Assembly (NCBI GenBank): GCA_947576095.1
Contig: CANPPW010000004.1
Coordinates: 1-54,882 of the forward strand
DNA from: an uncultured Mycoplasmatota bacterium
GTDB lineage: Bacteria > Bacillota_I > Bacilli_A > RF39 > UBA660
DNA length: 54,882 nucleotides
Reading direction: 5' to 3'
The notes under the pieces are model-generated. The model was not told the origin of the DNA, made no database searches, and was given only the letters and a program-made list of their open reading frames with translations. The position numbers were made by a program, and so were the translations under genes. Every line of letters begins with the position of its first letter. Positions within the stretch are counted from its first letter, which is position 1. This document shows, piece after piece, positions 1-9,487 of the stretch.

Positions 1-32
1 CCCTTTTTTACTACATATGTTTTTATTCCCAT
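1..32 (-). CDS. Partial CDS (5' end only), probable LysM-domain protein
   Basis: AAGGAAG RBS, then ATG at 32 reading MGIKTYVVKK(G), which resembles the LysM start motif YxVKKGD. It runs off the window edge. Confidence 0.5.
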   Translation of the reverse strand, partial: MGIKTYVVKK

Positions 33-86
33 TTCTTTCTTCCTTTTCTTTGGTTACTCTATACATGCACTAATTAATCATCATCT

Positions 87-335
87 CTACTTACTAGATA
101 CCCTCTTTAAAACAATCGGTATAATATTTTCATTTAAATGTATTTTTAAATTTTCTAGACTTTGTCCTATCTTATCCAGGCGATTTATATCAGCCCTTTT
201 ATTATCAATTAAAATACTATCATCTAAAGTTGTTAATATGCCATCAAAATGATTATAAAAAGTAATAACATTATTTTTTATTTCATACAAATCTTGAAGT
301 ACTTTATGATATCTTTTTTTTAATTCTTCATCCAT
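87..335 (-). CDS. Small helical protein, WXG100-like/T7SS-associated
   Basis: 82 aa amphipathic helix-turn-helix; GGGTG RBS; tightly packed downstream of essC-esaB; no WXG motif. Confidence 0.5.
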   Translation of the reverse strand: MDEELKKRYHKVLQDLYEIKNNVITFYNHFDGILTTLDDSILIDNKRADINRLDKIGQSLENLKIHLNENIIPIVLKRVSSK

Positions 336-344
336 ATAATCACC

Positions 345-644
345 CTACTTGTAGTCTATTATTTCTATAAATCTTTTTTCTGTTTCTTTCATGGCATTTT
401 TATATCGAATTAAGGTATTTGTTAATAGATATATATACAACCTTCGATTGTCGTCTATTTGTTTAAATATAGCTTTCATTTGTAAAATATCCTGTTCAAT
501 CAAAGAAGAGGTATCACTGATGTAACCATCTGATAAAGTATTTAAAGATTTTTCTATTTTGGATAATGTTTCCTCTTCTGATTCTATATACATAGCTATT
601 TTACTCATATGATTTTCTAATTCAGTCTCATTAATTTGATTCAT
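345..644 (-). CDS. WXG100-like protein
   Basis: 99 aa, two long amphipathic helices with a central aromatic (DGYIS) and a C-terminal Tyr (RYKNAMKETE); GGAG RBS; T7SS context. Confidence 0.6.
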   Translation of the reverse strand: MNQINETELENHMSKIAMYIESEEETLSKIEKSLNTLSDGYISDTSSLIEQDILQMKAIFKQIDDNRRLYIYLLTNTLIRYKNAMKETEKRFIEIIDYK

Positions 645-660
645 ATTGGTTCCTATCTCC

Positions 661-1224
661 TTATAAAAATTGTTCTATCTCAAATTCATTAATTTTTGTT
701 ATAGATAATTTAGATAGTTTAAAGGTAACTTTCTTTTCAATATCTTCTATTATATTATAATATTCCCTGATTTTTTCTCTTGAAACTTGCAGATCTATAT
801 TTATTTTTTCATATTCGTCTATTTGCTTATCAATTTTATTTTTTAATTCTGAATCAAATGATATATCTAAATCTTTATATTTTTTCAAAATCATTTCAAT
901 TTCTGATAATAAAAAATCATATTTTTCGATCACAGCATCTTTGGTTTCTAAATCACACGTAATTTTTTTTCCCAATTCTTTATATCTTGTTAGAATAAAA
1001 AAAAATAAATCTCTACGATCTTTTATATTCCCCACGAGAACCTCTGTTTTGTTCTTTTCTTTTTCTATAGCATCATAAAACTTTACTGCCTTATTATCAT
1101 GCCAATATACGGAAGAGGAGGTAATTGTATTAAACAGATTGGATTTGATCTGTTCATATAATTCAATCAACTGGTCTAATTTTGTGATTTCTTGGTCCAA
1201 TTCTTCAATATCTATCTTAACCAT
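661..1224 (-). CDS. Tandem (double) WXG100-like protein, 187 aa
   Basis: Start corrected to MVKIDIEEL after an AGGTGA RBS. The first half has an IDxEEL start and a central WHD; the second half is a similar helical hairpin ending YYNIIE. Confidence 0.6.
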   Translation of the reverse strand: MVKIDIEELDQEITKLDQLIELYEQIKSNLFNTITSSSVYWHDNKAVKFYDAIEKEKNKTEVLVGNIKDRRDLFFFILTRYKELGKKITCDLETKDAVIEKYDFLLSEIEMILKKYKDLDISFDSELKNKIDKQIDEYEKINIDLQVSREKIREYYNIIEDIEKKVTFKLSKLSITKINEFEIEQFL

Positions 1225-1282
1225 TACATTCACCTGTATTCTTTTTCCCAAATATATAGCTATTATCAAAATAATAACTATA

Positions 1283-1310
1283 TATTTAGAAAAAAGGATT
1301 TTTCTAAATA
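1283..1310 (-). terminator. Stem-loop after the 213-aa gene (partial terminator or mRNA stabiliser)
   Basis: 12-bp perfect inverted repeat TATTTAGAAAAA/TTTTTCTAAATA with a poor U-tail. Confidence 0.55.
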
Positions 1311-1314
1311 CTTT

Positions 1315-1956
1315 TTATTTACCTGTAAAAGCAGCTTCAATTTTACCTTTAGTATCACCATATTGTGCAACAGTCTGGTCAATTGCAGATTTTACAGCGC
1401 CAGTCATTTCAGTAGTAGTACTTTCTAAATTCGTTTTAATACTAGATAAAGATGAAACTAAGTTTGCTTCCTGACTACCACCTACAAATCCACAATTTTG
1501 TACAGCAGAAGTTGCCTTTTCAAGTGCTGCACTTGCACTAGATGTGATTTGTGATAATGATGCAACTACACCTGGAGTTGATTCTACATCAACACCTCTA
1601 GTTCCTCCAATATTTTCCTGAATATTACCAACATCAATTTGGGTATTATTTGGCGTAAAAGCCACTGTACTATACTCTGTTTTTGTATCAGCTGCCCAAT
1701 TACGTGCAGCACTATTCATAGCGTCTGCTACACTCTCAAAAATTGTTGTAGTTTGTTTTACTAAACTATCAATCGCTGGTTTAAATTTGTTTGTAAAAAA
1801 GTCCTGAGCATCTTTACAAGCCCATTTATCTGCCATACCATCTACAAACTTATTTTGCATTTCAGTAGTAAGTGCTCTTATTAAATCTTCATACGCACTT
1901 GTAACTCCATTAATTGATGTACTAACTAATTGTGGATCAAATCCAGTTAATGCCAT
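1315..1956 (-). CDS. Tandem WXG100-like protein, likely major Esx-type substrate
   Basis: 213 aa in two ~100-aa Ala/Ser/Thr-rich helical halves (GFDP...WAC; GVDV...FVG); strong GGGAGGT RBS; own promoter. Confidence 0.65.
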   Translation of the reverse strand: MALTGFDPQLVSTSINGVTSAYEDLIRALTTEMQNKFVDGMADKWACKDAQDFFTNKFKPAIDSLVKQTTTIFESVADAMNSAARNWAADTKTEYSTVAFTPNNTQIDVGNIQENIGGTRGVDVESTPGVVASLSQITSSASAALEKATSAVQNCGFVGGSQEANLVSSLSSIKTNLESTTTEMTGAVKSAIDQTVAQYGDTKGKIEAAFTGK

Positions 1957-2006
1957 ATTTTCTACCTCCCTAAATTCATAAGCTATCTTGTAACTTATCT
2001 ATTTTG

Positions 2007-2035
2007 ATAATAGCATAATTATATTACCTGCGCAA
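2007..2035 (-). promoter_or_regulatory. SigA-type promoter of the 213-aa gene
   Basis: TTGCGC-17 bp-TATTAT with a TGn extension. Confidence 0.55.
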
Positions 2036-2071
2036 CACACATTGTCACAATTTTACAAATGTTTTTATGTT

Positions 2072-2347
2072 TTACACTATTTTGGTATGATCGCAGAGTA
2101 AAACAAGTTCTGTTCCATTGCGAATATCTGTCTCTATCACAATGTCATTATTATTATAAATGGTCCCACTTGTTTTATTAATTAGAAAAAAGGTATCTTT
2201 TATATCTAATCCAACCCCTGTTAAATCTGAGATAGATTTTACCATTAATTTATTGATTTTCCAAATCAATTCATTTACTGGAATAAATAAATCAAAATTA
2301 CGATCTAAAGCGGGAACCAATAATTTAATCAACACTTTATTTTCCAT
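2072..2347 (-). CDS. esaB: EsaB/YukD-like ubiquitin-fold protein (copy 1)
   Basis: ~91 aa, FDLFIP...IRNGTELVL, typical of YukD; overlaps the essC stop. Confidence 0.8.
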   Translation of the reverse strand: MENKVLIKLLVPALDRNFDLFIPVNELIWKINKLMVKSISDLTGVGLDIKDTFFLINKTSGTIYNNNDIVIETDIRNGTELVLLCDHTKIV

Positions 2348-5300
2348 TTTCTTCACCTTCTTTAGGAAAAAAATCTATATATTTTACCAGAGAAATACTT
2401 CCATCCTGGAAAAAATATCCCATATCGTTTTTATAATCTTTTTGCATCTCCCTATTCATTTGTCCAACTCTTAATACACTTTGTTCAGAAACACCTTTTC
2501 CTATCCAAAAACCACTGGTTGGATTAAAAGTCTGGGTATACCAAGATTCAAAGGCAAATCCTTTTAATTTTAAAGCATCATCGACAATAAGTAAAAACAT
2601 TCTTTCATATTTTTTCATATTTTCAACAATCTTAGTAAAACGATCTTTTTCTTGAAGCTTTGTCATAAATCGATTGACTCCATAAAGAATAACTACAATA
2701 TAACCACTATCTTTAGATTCCATTTTTTCTTTTAAAAGAATATCGATTTGCTCTAAATATGCATCAAAATTGCTGTTACAATATCCATTGACCATACTTT
2801 TACAAGGTTCAAGCAATGTCAAAGAATCAATAAGTATTGTTTGCAGATCTTTGATTTGATAAAAAAGATAAAGTAAACTTTGCATAAAAGGATTGATATT
2901 AATAAGCTTATTGGAAGAAATAATGGTTCCTGTATCCATAGTAAAATCATAATAAGCAAGATGTAAATCTCTTTTTGTAATACCAATTGGTATACTTTTT
3001 AATGATCCTGTAAAACTTCCAATTTCCCTAAAGGTTACTACATCAGGAAGAGACGGAATTTTAAGAGCTCTATCTTTTTCACGTAACTTTATTTGATTTA
3101 TAAATCGAATTAAATATTCATTTAATATATTTTCATCCTCAACAATAGAAGCCGTTTGAAATTCATGAATACCATCTTTTAAAAAGAATCCTCTACCCAA
3201 AACATCTCTAGGTCCTGATTTTACCTTTGAACCAAATAAGCTCATATAATCTGTTACATCTTTTAGTTTTAATGCATATATATTTTTACAATTTTGAGAA
3301 ACTTTATTATGTACAGAATTAATTCCATTTGCAGTGATAATATAAATGATTCCATACCTTTCAGAATCACGAATCAACTCTGGCAATTCATCAAATAGGG
3401 TTTGATTATTTTCATATACAGAATCATAATTATTAATGATAATGACTTTCAAAGGTAATTTTTTTGAACTATTTTTAACATAGTTCTCATATTCACCACC
3501 ATAATCTACAAAAAGTTTTTTTCGATTTTTAATTTCCTCGCGAATTAGTTTAAATAAATTATTATATCTTTCCTCCTCACCACTAAATACCATACCTCCG
3601 ATATGAGGTACACTCTGATACCTTCTAAGTGATTCAGACCCATAATCTAGAATATAGTACTGAATTTCATTAACAGAATAATTTTGTATAGTAGAGAAAA
3701 TGATTGTATTTAAGAGCATTTCCCTTTCACTACCATCTGTTCCATAAATAATTGTATTCCCATCTTCTAGAAAATGATAAACAACAAGACCTTGTTCTTG
3801 TTTTTCCGGCGCATCATACTCACCAATAACAGCTTTTACTTGATATGGATTGACCTCTACATTATATTTTTGATATAAATCATTTACTAAAATAATATCT
3901 GGAATATTATCAAGCCATAAACGTTTTGCTCTTTTACCTGTCATATTAGCAACCTCAAGAATATTATTCATAATAGCCGCAAGTTGCTCCCCTCTTGCCT
4001 CTATTTTATTTCCACTACCTGCCTGAATGCTTTTTATAATCTGACCAATCGATCCAATAAAATTAACACTTTTATCGACTTCCTTTACAATTTTTTCAGA
4101 AGGATAATATTTTGCACCACAAAAACCCGATTGTCCTAAAGCAAAATATTCATCATAACCTACTTGTAAATAAAATCTTCCTGCTTGTTTCAAACTAGCT
4201 GCTTCTGGTCTTTTTAGCATCTCCCTACTATCTGCTGCATCTTGTACTTTTAAACATACTCTAAATTTTGTATTAGACCATATTTGGTCATTCACAACGC
4301 CACTTGGTTTTTGTGTAGCCAAAATCAAATGAACTCCTAGACTTCGTCCAATACGAGCGATAGAAATTAAATTATCCATAAATTCTGGTTGTTGACTTTT
4401 TAACTCAGCAAATTCATCACTTATAATAATCAAATGCGGAATCGGTTCGCTCAGTTTTCCTTCATGATAGAATTTTTGATATTTATAAATGTCTATAGTG
4501 CTTTGGTCAAGTTTATCTCTTGCTTCATTGAAAATATGTTGTCTTCTTTTTACTTCACTATCAATACTAACAAGAGTCCTTTTCATCTCTGCTTTATCAA
4601 GATTGGTAATTGTTCCAGCCAAATGTGGCAAACGAATACCTGTTTTTTTATTTTCAAAAGCAAAAGCAAGTCCACCACCTTTATAATCGATTAAAATAAA
4701 AGCTACATCTTCAGGACTATAATTAATGGCCATTGACAATATATAGGTGATAATAAATTCACTTTTCCCAGATCCTGTCATTCCAGCTATAAGACCATGA
4801 GGGCCATGAAATTTTTCATGTAAATCTAAATACATCAAATCATGATTCTCATCTATTCCCACTTCTGCTCGTAATGATTGTGTAGAATCATTCATATTCC
4901 ATCTATTTAAAATATTTAGTTGTTCTACTTTCCCTACTTTCTCCATTTCCAAAAAAGAAATAGCATCTGGTAAATTTGCAATTCCCTGTTCAAATTCAAT
5001 GGGAATATTAGATAACACTTTTGCAACAGAAAGCATATCTACAGTGTATTCAATTTCGTCCTGAAAACTAATTGTCTCTTGATTCTCATAAGAATTTTTC
5101 AAAACTCCAGATTTATTAGTACTACTCATTGTGATAAAGTTAGAACATTTGCTAGGTAATTTTGAAAGTCTATCTTCTAAGATAATCAAACTAAACCCGA
5201 TATTTTCATCTACTTCTGTTATATTCTTAATCAAATCTAACTTTTTAACCATAGTATAATCATCCACAATAATTAGATAATATGGTTTAATAGTAGTAGG

Positions 5301-6908
5301 TTTATCTTTGGCATTAGAAATGCGAAAATTAAATTCTCCCATCAAATATTCAGATAAATTTTTTGCTTCTTCCTTATTTGCAGAAAAGAAACGTATGTTT
5401 TTAGCATTATTAAAGGTATGATTATCATATCTTAAATAATCCCATCTACTTTTTTTCATCTCATTTGTAAACAATACAATCTTTAAATCTTCATAACTAT
5501 AAAACGTCATAAATTGTAACAAAATATTATCTATAAAATAGGATTTTTTATGATCATTTCCAATAATAGCTGTAATATAATTTTCATAAAAGGAATACTC
5601 CATAGGAACATTTTTTATATATTTATATTTTTCAACAGTCGCATCCGCTTTTTTCTTTAGATCACTTTCTTCAATGGAAAAACCACCCTTTGGATAATTA
5701 ATTTTAACATTCAAAGGAACATCCCCTGTGCCAATACGAGCTACAAGGAAATCACTTTGCTCAATTCTTTTATCCCATAAGTGAAAATTCTTATTCGCTA
5801 CAATTTGAAGACACTCTTTCACTGTAAGCAAATTTTCTATTAAGATAGATCTTTGAACAATCATCTCAGATTCCAATTCTTTTTCTTTTTCTTTCAAATA
5901 AGACTCATATGCCTGAATAGTTTTCTCTTTTCTTTTCTTTTCCATTCTCTTATTATACATGTTCGTGACAATTGGCCAGAGCAATGTAGAAATTAACATA
6001 ACAGATCCTGTAACTAGTTGTGGCCAACATCGAGAAATTGTAGTTTCCCCTCTTTGTAATTGTAAAACAGTATTAATTAGCATAACAACAGACATAATTC
6101 CCATTGTCATCATGGGTCCAATTGTCAAAATAAGGGGGAGTGTTTGCCTATCTGTTTGTGCTGGAGGAGCGTCAATATCTATTTCTTTTGTTTCAATCAT
6201 TCGTCTAATACGAGGGGATTTGGAAAAATATTCATCTTCTTTGTAAAGATTTTCATCTTTTATATCCCTATTTTTATAAGATTCATTTTGAATCAATCGT
6301 AAAGGATTTAATTTGGCCACTTCTTTATTAATAGAAACGGAATCGCCTGGATTATTCATCAGTAATAGATTAGGTAAAAATAACATTTTCAAACCATATA
6401 TATCTAAAGAATCTCCTGGATTCAAATAACATTTTTCTGTTTTTATAGCCCTCTGGTTGATATATATATTAATATTTTTATTTTTTTCTAATATAAAGGA
6501 TCCATCTTCATATTTAACTTTTACAATTAAATCTTTTAATAAATAACAACTATACCAGATATTACAAGTATTATGATTTCCTATAGTAAGTTCAACAGAT
6601 TGATCATAAGAATAGGTTGTAAATGTGTTTTCATAAGCCTTACTAATATATATTAAATATTTGGTATCATTTCTTCTTAAAGTATAAAACGTATGAATTG
6701 TTAAAGGTAAATAATTTACATATTCCCGATTTCCACCAATTATTTGAACCTCTTCTGTTGCATATAAAACCCATCTTCCTTCTCTAGATTCAATATTAAT
6801 TAATTTCGCTTCTTCATCAGGATTTTCATCAAAACTAAAACTACCTGATACTTGAGTAGGTAAATGGAAATAAACAATTTTATCTGGTAAATAAAGTGTA
6901 ACCTTCAT
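2337..6908 (-). CDS. essC: Type VII secretion ATPase EssC (copy 1)
   Basis: 1523 aa with an N-terminal FHA-like region, two TM helices, HGPHGLIAGMTGSGKSE, ILIDYKGGG, DEFAEL and GRSLGVHLILATQKP, followed by two further FtsK-like domains. Confidence 0.95.
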   Translation of the reverse strand: MKVTLYLPDKIVYFHLPTQVSGSFSFDENPDEEAKLINIESREGRWVLYATEEVQIIGGNREYVNYLPLTIHTFYTLRRNDTKYLIYISKAYENTFTTYSYDQSVELTIGNHNTCNIWYSCYLLKDLIVKVKYEDGSFILEKNKNINIYINQRAIKTEKCYLNPGDSLDIYGLKMLFLPNLLLMNNPGDSVSINKEVAKLNPLRLIQNESYKNRDIKDENLYKEDEYFSKSPRIRRMIETKEIDIDAPPAQTDRQTLPLILTIGPMMTMGIMSVVMLINTVLQLQRGETTISRCWPQLVTGSVMLISTLLWPIVTNMYNKRMEKKRKEKTIQAYESYLKEKEKELESEMIVQRSILIENLLTVKECLQIVANKNFHLWDKRIEQSDFLVARIGTGDVPLNVKINYPKGGFSIEESDLKKKADATVEKYKYIKNVPMEYSFYENYITAIIGNDHKKSYFIDNILLQFMTFYSYEDLKIVLFTNEMKKSRWDYLRYDNHTFNNAKNIRFFSANKEEAKNLSEYLMGEFNFRISNAKDKPTTIKPYYLIIVDDYTMVKKLDLIKNITEVDENIGFSLIILEDRLSKLPSKCSNFITMSSTNKSGVLKNSYENQETISFQDEIEYTVDMLSVAKVLSNIPIEFEQGIANLPDAISFLEMEKVGKVEQLNILNRWNMNDSTQSLRAEVGIDENHDLMYLDLHEKFHGPHGLIAGMTGSGKSEFIITYILSMAINYSPEDVAFILIDYKGGGLAFAFENKKTGIRLPHLAGTITNLDKAEMKRTLVSIDSEVKRRQHIFNEARDKLDQSTIDIYKYQKFYHEGKLSEPIPHLIIISDEFAELKSQQPEFMDNLISIARIGRSLGVHLILATQKPSGVVNDQIWSNTKFRVCLKVQDAADSREMLKRPEAASLKQAGRFYLQVGYDEYFALGQSGFCGAKYYPSEKIVKEVDKSVNFIGSIGQIIKSIQAGSGNKIEARGEQLAAIMNNILEVANMTGKRAKRLWLDNIPDIILVNDLYQKYNVEVNPYQVKAVIGEYDAPEKQEQGLVVYHFLEDGNTIIYGTDGSEREMLLNTIIFSTIQNYSVNEIQYYILDYGSESLRRYQSVPHIGGMVFSGEEERYNNLFKLIREEIKNRKKLFVDYGGEYENYVKNSSKKLPLKVIIINNYDSVYENNQTLFDELPELIRDSERYGIIYIITANGINSVHNKVSQNCKNIYALKLKDVTDYMSLFGSKVKSGPRDVLGRGFFLKDGIHEFQTASIVEDENILNEYLIRFINQIKLREKDRALKIPSLPDVVTFREIGSFTGSLKSIPIGITKRDLHLAYYDFTMDTGTIISSNKLININPFMQSLLYLFYQIKDLQTILIDSLTLLEPCKSMVNGYCNSNFDAYLEQIDILLKEKMESKDSGYIVVILYGVNRFMTKLQEKDRFTKIVENMKKYERMFLLIVDDALKLKGFAFESWYTQTFNPTSGFWIGKGVSEQSVLRVGQMNREMQKDYKNDMGYFFQDGSISLVKYIDFFPKEGEENGK

Positions 6909-6938
6909 TCCTAGGACCCCTCCTATTTTCTATTTTGT

Positions 6939-6968
6939 ATTATAGCATACCTCCATACTCGTTCGCAA
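6939..6968 (-). promoter_or_regulatory. SigA-type promoter of essC copy 1
   Basis: TTGCGA-18 bp-TATAAT with a TGn extension, upstream of the AGGAGG RBS. Confidence 0.55.
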
Positions 6969-6973
6969 GATAC

Positions 6974-7660
6974 ATGCTTTTTAATTTATCATATCAAAAT
7001 ATAGACCTAAATAAAATCCATAACATATTTATTTCACATAAACATATTGATCATCTTTTGGGAATGATATGGATATATAGATATGTAGATATCGCTATGG
7101 GAAAAGGTATATATGATGGAACTTTAAATATATATTATCACGATGAAGTTGCTAAAATCATTAGGGATCAAATTCATACTTTACTTCGAAAAGAGCAACA
7201 AAGATTTATTGATAAAAGAATACTCATCCATATTGTGAATGATCATCAAAAAGAAAAAATTTTAAATTATGAGTTAGAATTTTTAGACATACTATCCAAA
7301 AGTGATAAACAATATGGTTTTAAAACAACATTAAATAATGGTAAAACCATTTGTTTTCTAGGCGTTGAATCTTTAGATGAAAGATTATATGATGATATAA
7401 GAAATAGCGATTATGTATTACATGAAGCTTTTTGTTTAGAAATAGAAGCAGATAAATTTAAAGCACGGAAAAAAAATCATGATACTGTAAAATCTGCTAG
7501 TATAAAAGCTCAAAACATTGAAGCTAAAAATCTAATATTATGGCATACCCATGAAAATCTAAAAAATCAAAGACAAACTAAATATCTAAAAGAGGCAAAA
7601 AAATATTTCAAGGGAAATGTGTATGTACCAAATGATTTCGATATCATTAATCTTATATAA
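6974..7660 (+). pseudogene. 5'-truncated RNase Z-like metallo-beta-lactamase-fold hydrolase
   Basis: HKHIDH, HEA and WHT motifs are present. The N-terminal LGTG/DxG strands are absent, there is no RBS, and the usual GD motif reads GV. Confidence 0.65.
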
Positions 7661-7674
7661 AAATTAAACCATTA

Positions 7675-7704
7675 TAAAAGGGATGAAAAAAATCATCCCT
7701 TTTA
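7675..7704. terminator. Bidirectional intrinsic terminator between convergent genes
   Basis: TAAAAGGGATGA/TCATCCCTTTTA inverted repeat. Confidence 0.8.
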
Positions 7705-7728
7705 GTATCATTAAATATTATTAAAAGC

Positions 7729-7950
7729 TTATTTTACAAATGGAATAAATGCCATAAAACGAGCTTTTTTTACTTCACCAGCAATAAATCTTTGATGTCT
7801 AGCACAGTTTCCTGTAGCTCTTCTAGGTAAAATTTTAGCTTTATCAGCACTAATATATTTTTTAATGATCTCAGTATCTTTATAATTTACCGTTTTACCA
7901 GTACACATTTGACATACTTTTTTTCTTCTTTTATTATGAAAATCTGCCAT
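7729..7950 (-). CDS. rpsR: 30S ribosomal protein S18
   Basis: RRKKVC..C, YKD, KILPRRATGNCARHQR. Confidence 0.97.
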   Translation of the reverse strand: MADFHNKRRKKVCQMCTGKTVNYKDTEIIKKYISADKAKILPRRATGNCARHQRFIAGEVKKARFMAFIPFVK

Positions 7951-7966
7951 TTTATTTCCTCCTTAA

Positions 7967-8425
7967 TTAGTCTAAGAAGTTATCATCGATAGAAACACTA
8001 TCCCCAAATTCAGCAAACGGATCCTCATCAACATTTACCGCATTTGTATTTTGATAATCATATGGACTTGGCTCAGAAGATACAGTATCGTGATTATTTC
8101 TTTGATTTTTGCTTTCCAAAAATTGTACAGAATCTGCAACAACCTCTACTGTATACCTTTTATTTCCATCTTTATCATCATAACTTCCTGTTTGTATTCT
8201 TCCTTCAATAGCTACAAGGCTACCTTTATCTAAAAAATTACATACGTTTTCAGCTTGTTTTCTCCAAACTACAATATTAATAAAATCTGTCTCCCTTTGG
8301 CCATCTTTTCCTGCAAATGTACGATTTACAGCAAGGGAAAATCTTGTTACAGGTAGATTAGAACCTCCTGTATATCTTAATTCTGGTTTGGCCGTTAAAC
8401 GACCAATCAGCATTGCTCGATTCAT
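7967..8425 (-). CDS. ssb: Single-stranded DNA-binding protein
   Basis: LIGRLTAKPELRYT, IEGRIQT, acidic tail; lies between rpsF and rpsR. Confidence 0.97.
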   Translation of the reverse strand: MNRAMLIGRLTAKPELRYTGGSNLPVTRFSLAVNRTFAGKDGQRETDFINIVVWRKQAENVCNFLDKGSLVAIEGRIQTGSYDDKDGNKRYTVEVVADSVQFLESKNQRNNHDTVSSEPSPYDYQNTNAVNVDEDPFAEFGDSVSIDDNFLD

Positions 8426-8441
8426 CCTATTACCTCTTTTC

Positions 8442-8732
8442 TTACTTTTCTAATTTAGTAATTAAATGACGAACAACGTCATTACTGATTAAAGCTAAAC
8501 GATCAAATTCTTTAATGGCTTTATCATCTGCAGCTTCTATTTCAAATAAAAAGTAATATCCACTTTTCATCTTTTTAATTTCATATGCAAATTCTTTTTG
8601 ACCCATTTCCTTAAATTCTGTAATTGTAGCTCCATTTGAAGTTAAAATATTCTCGAAGTTTTTTGCAACTTTTTTAATTTCATCTTCACCAAGTGTTGCT
8701 CTTACAATAAACATAATTTCATAGTTTCTCAT
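8442..8732 (-). CDS. rpsF: 30S ribosomal protein S6
   Basis: MRNYEIMFI...AYEIKK..GYY...VVRHL. Confidence 0.97.
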   Translation of the reverse strand: MRNYEIMFIVRATLGEDEIKKVAKNFENILTSNGATITEFKEMGQKEFAYEIKKMKSGYYFLFEIEAADDKAIKEFDRLALISNDVVRHLITKLEK

Positions 8733-8735
8733 CTT

Positions 8736-8780
8736 TACACCTCCTTATGGTCTATTGGCTTTCTAAAAAGCAAGGAGTAA
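8736..8780 (-). promoter_or_regulatory. S6:S18 ribosomal protein leader
   Basis: ACUCCUUGCU...AGCC...GACC..AAGGAGGUG pairs over the RBS, as in Firmicute rpsF leaders. Promoter TTTACA-17-TATAAT at 8798-8826. Confidence 0.7.
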
Positions 8781-8831
8781 TTTCATACTCGCTATAGATT
8801 ATAACAAATAATATTTAAAATGTAAACATAT

Positions 8832-9434
8832 TTATGTGGTTTCCCATCTTTTTTCTATTTCTTCATAATTTAAAATTGCAAATATACTATCCAAATAATC
8901 ATGTTTTCTATTTTCATAATGAATATAGTAAGCATGTTCCCACATATCAACTACAAGTAATGGCTTCAAATCATATAGAAATGGAAATTCCTGATTAGGT
9001 AAATTGATAATAGAAAGTTCTTTTTTACCATTCATGACTAAATATGTATATCCAGATCCTTTTAGTTTCATAGCCTTTTCTTTGAATTTTTTTTGAAATT
9101 GTTCATAAGAACCAAATGTTCTTTCTATCTGAATCAATAACTCGCCTTTAGGCTTATTACAAGCCCTCCCGAGATTTGAGAAATACATTTCATGATTTAT
9201 AACACCCCCTAAATTAAAAAGCAAGTTTTCAATATCAGTAGCAGAAAATAAATCCAAATGATATATAATTTCTTCTTTAGGAACCGAAAGTTTAAAATGA
9301 TTTTTTAGTAGAATTTCATTTAAATTATTTAAATACGTTAAGTAATGTTTATCATGATGGAGTGCTAAGGTATGGGTATCTATATATGGTTCTAATGTAT
9401 CATAAGCATAATTGAGTTCTTCTTCTTTATACAT
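8832..9434 (-). CDS. sod: Fe/Mn superoxide dismutase
   Basis: LEPYI, HHDKH, NH, DMWEHAYY. Confidence 0.92.
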   Translation of the reverse strand: MYKEEELNYAYDTLEPYIDTHTLALHHDKHYLTYLNNLNEILLKNHFKLSVPKEEIIYHLDLFSATDIENLLFNLGGVINHEMYFSNLGRACNKPKGELLIQIERTFGSYEQFQKKFKEKAMKLKGSGYTYLVMNGKKELSIINLPNQEFPFLYDLKPLLVVDMWEHAYYIHYENRKHDYLDSIFAILNYEEIEKRWETT

Positions 9435-9487
9435 AATTCCTCCCCTACTATTGTATTTAAAATGAAAAAAACTATACTAAAATAGTT

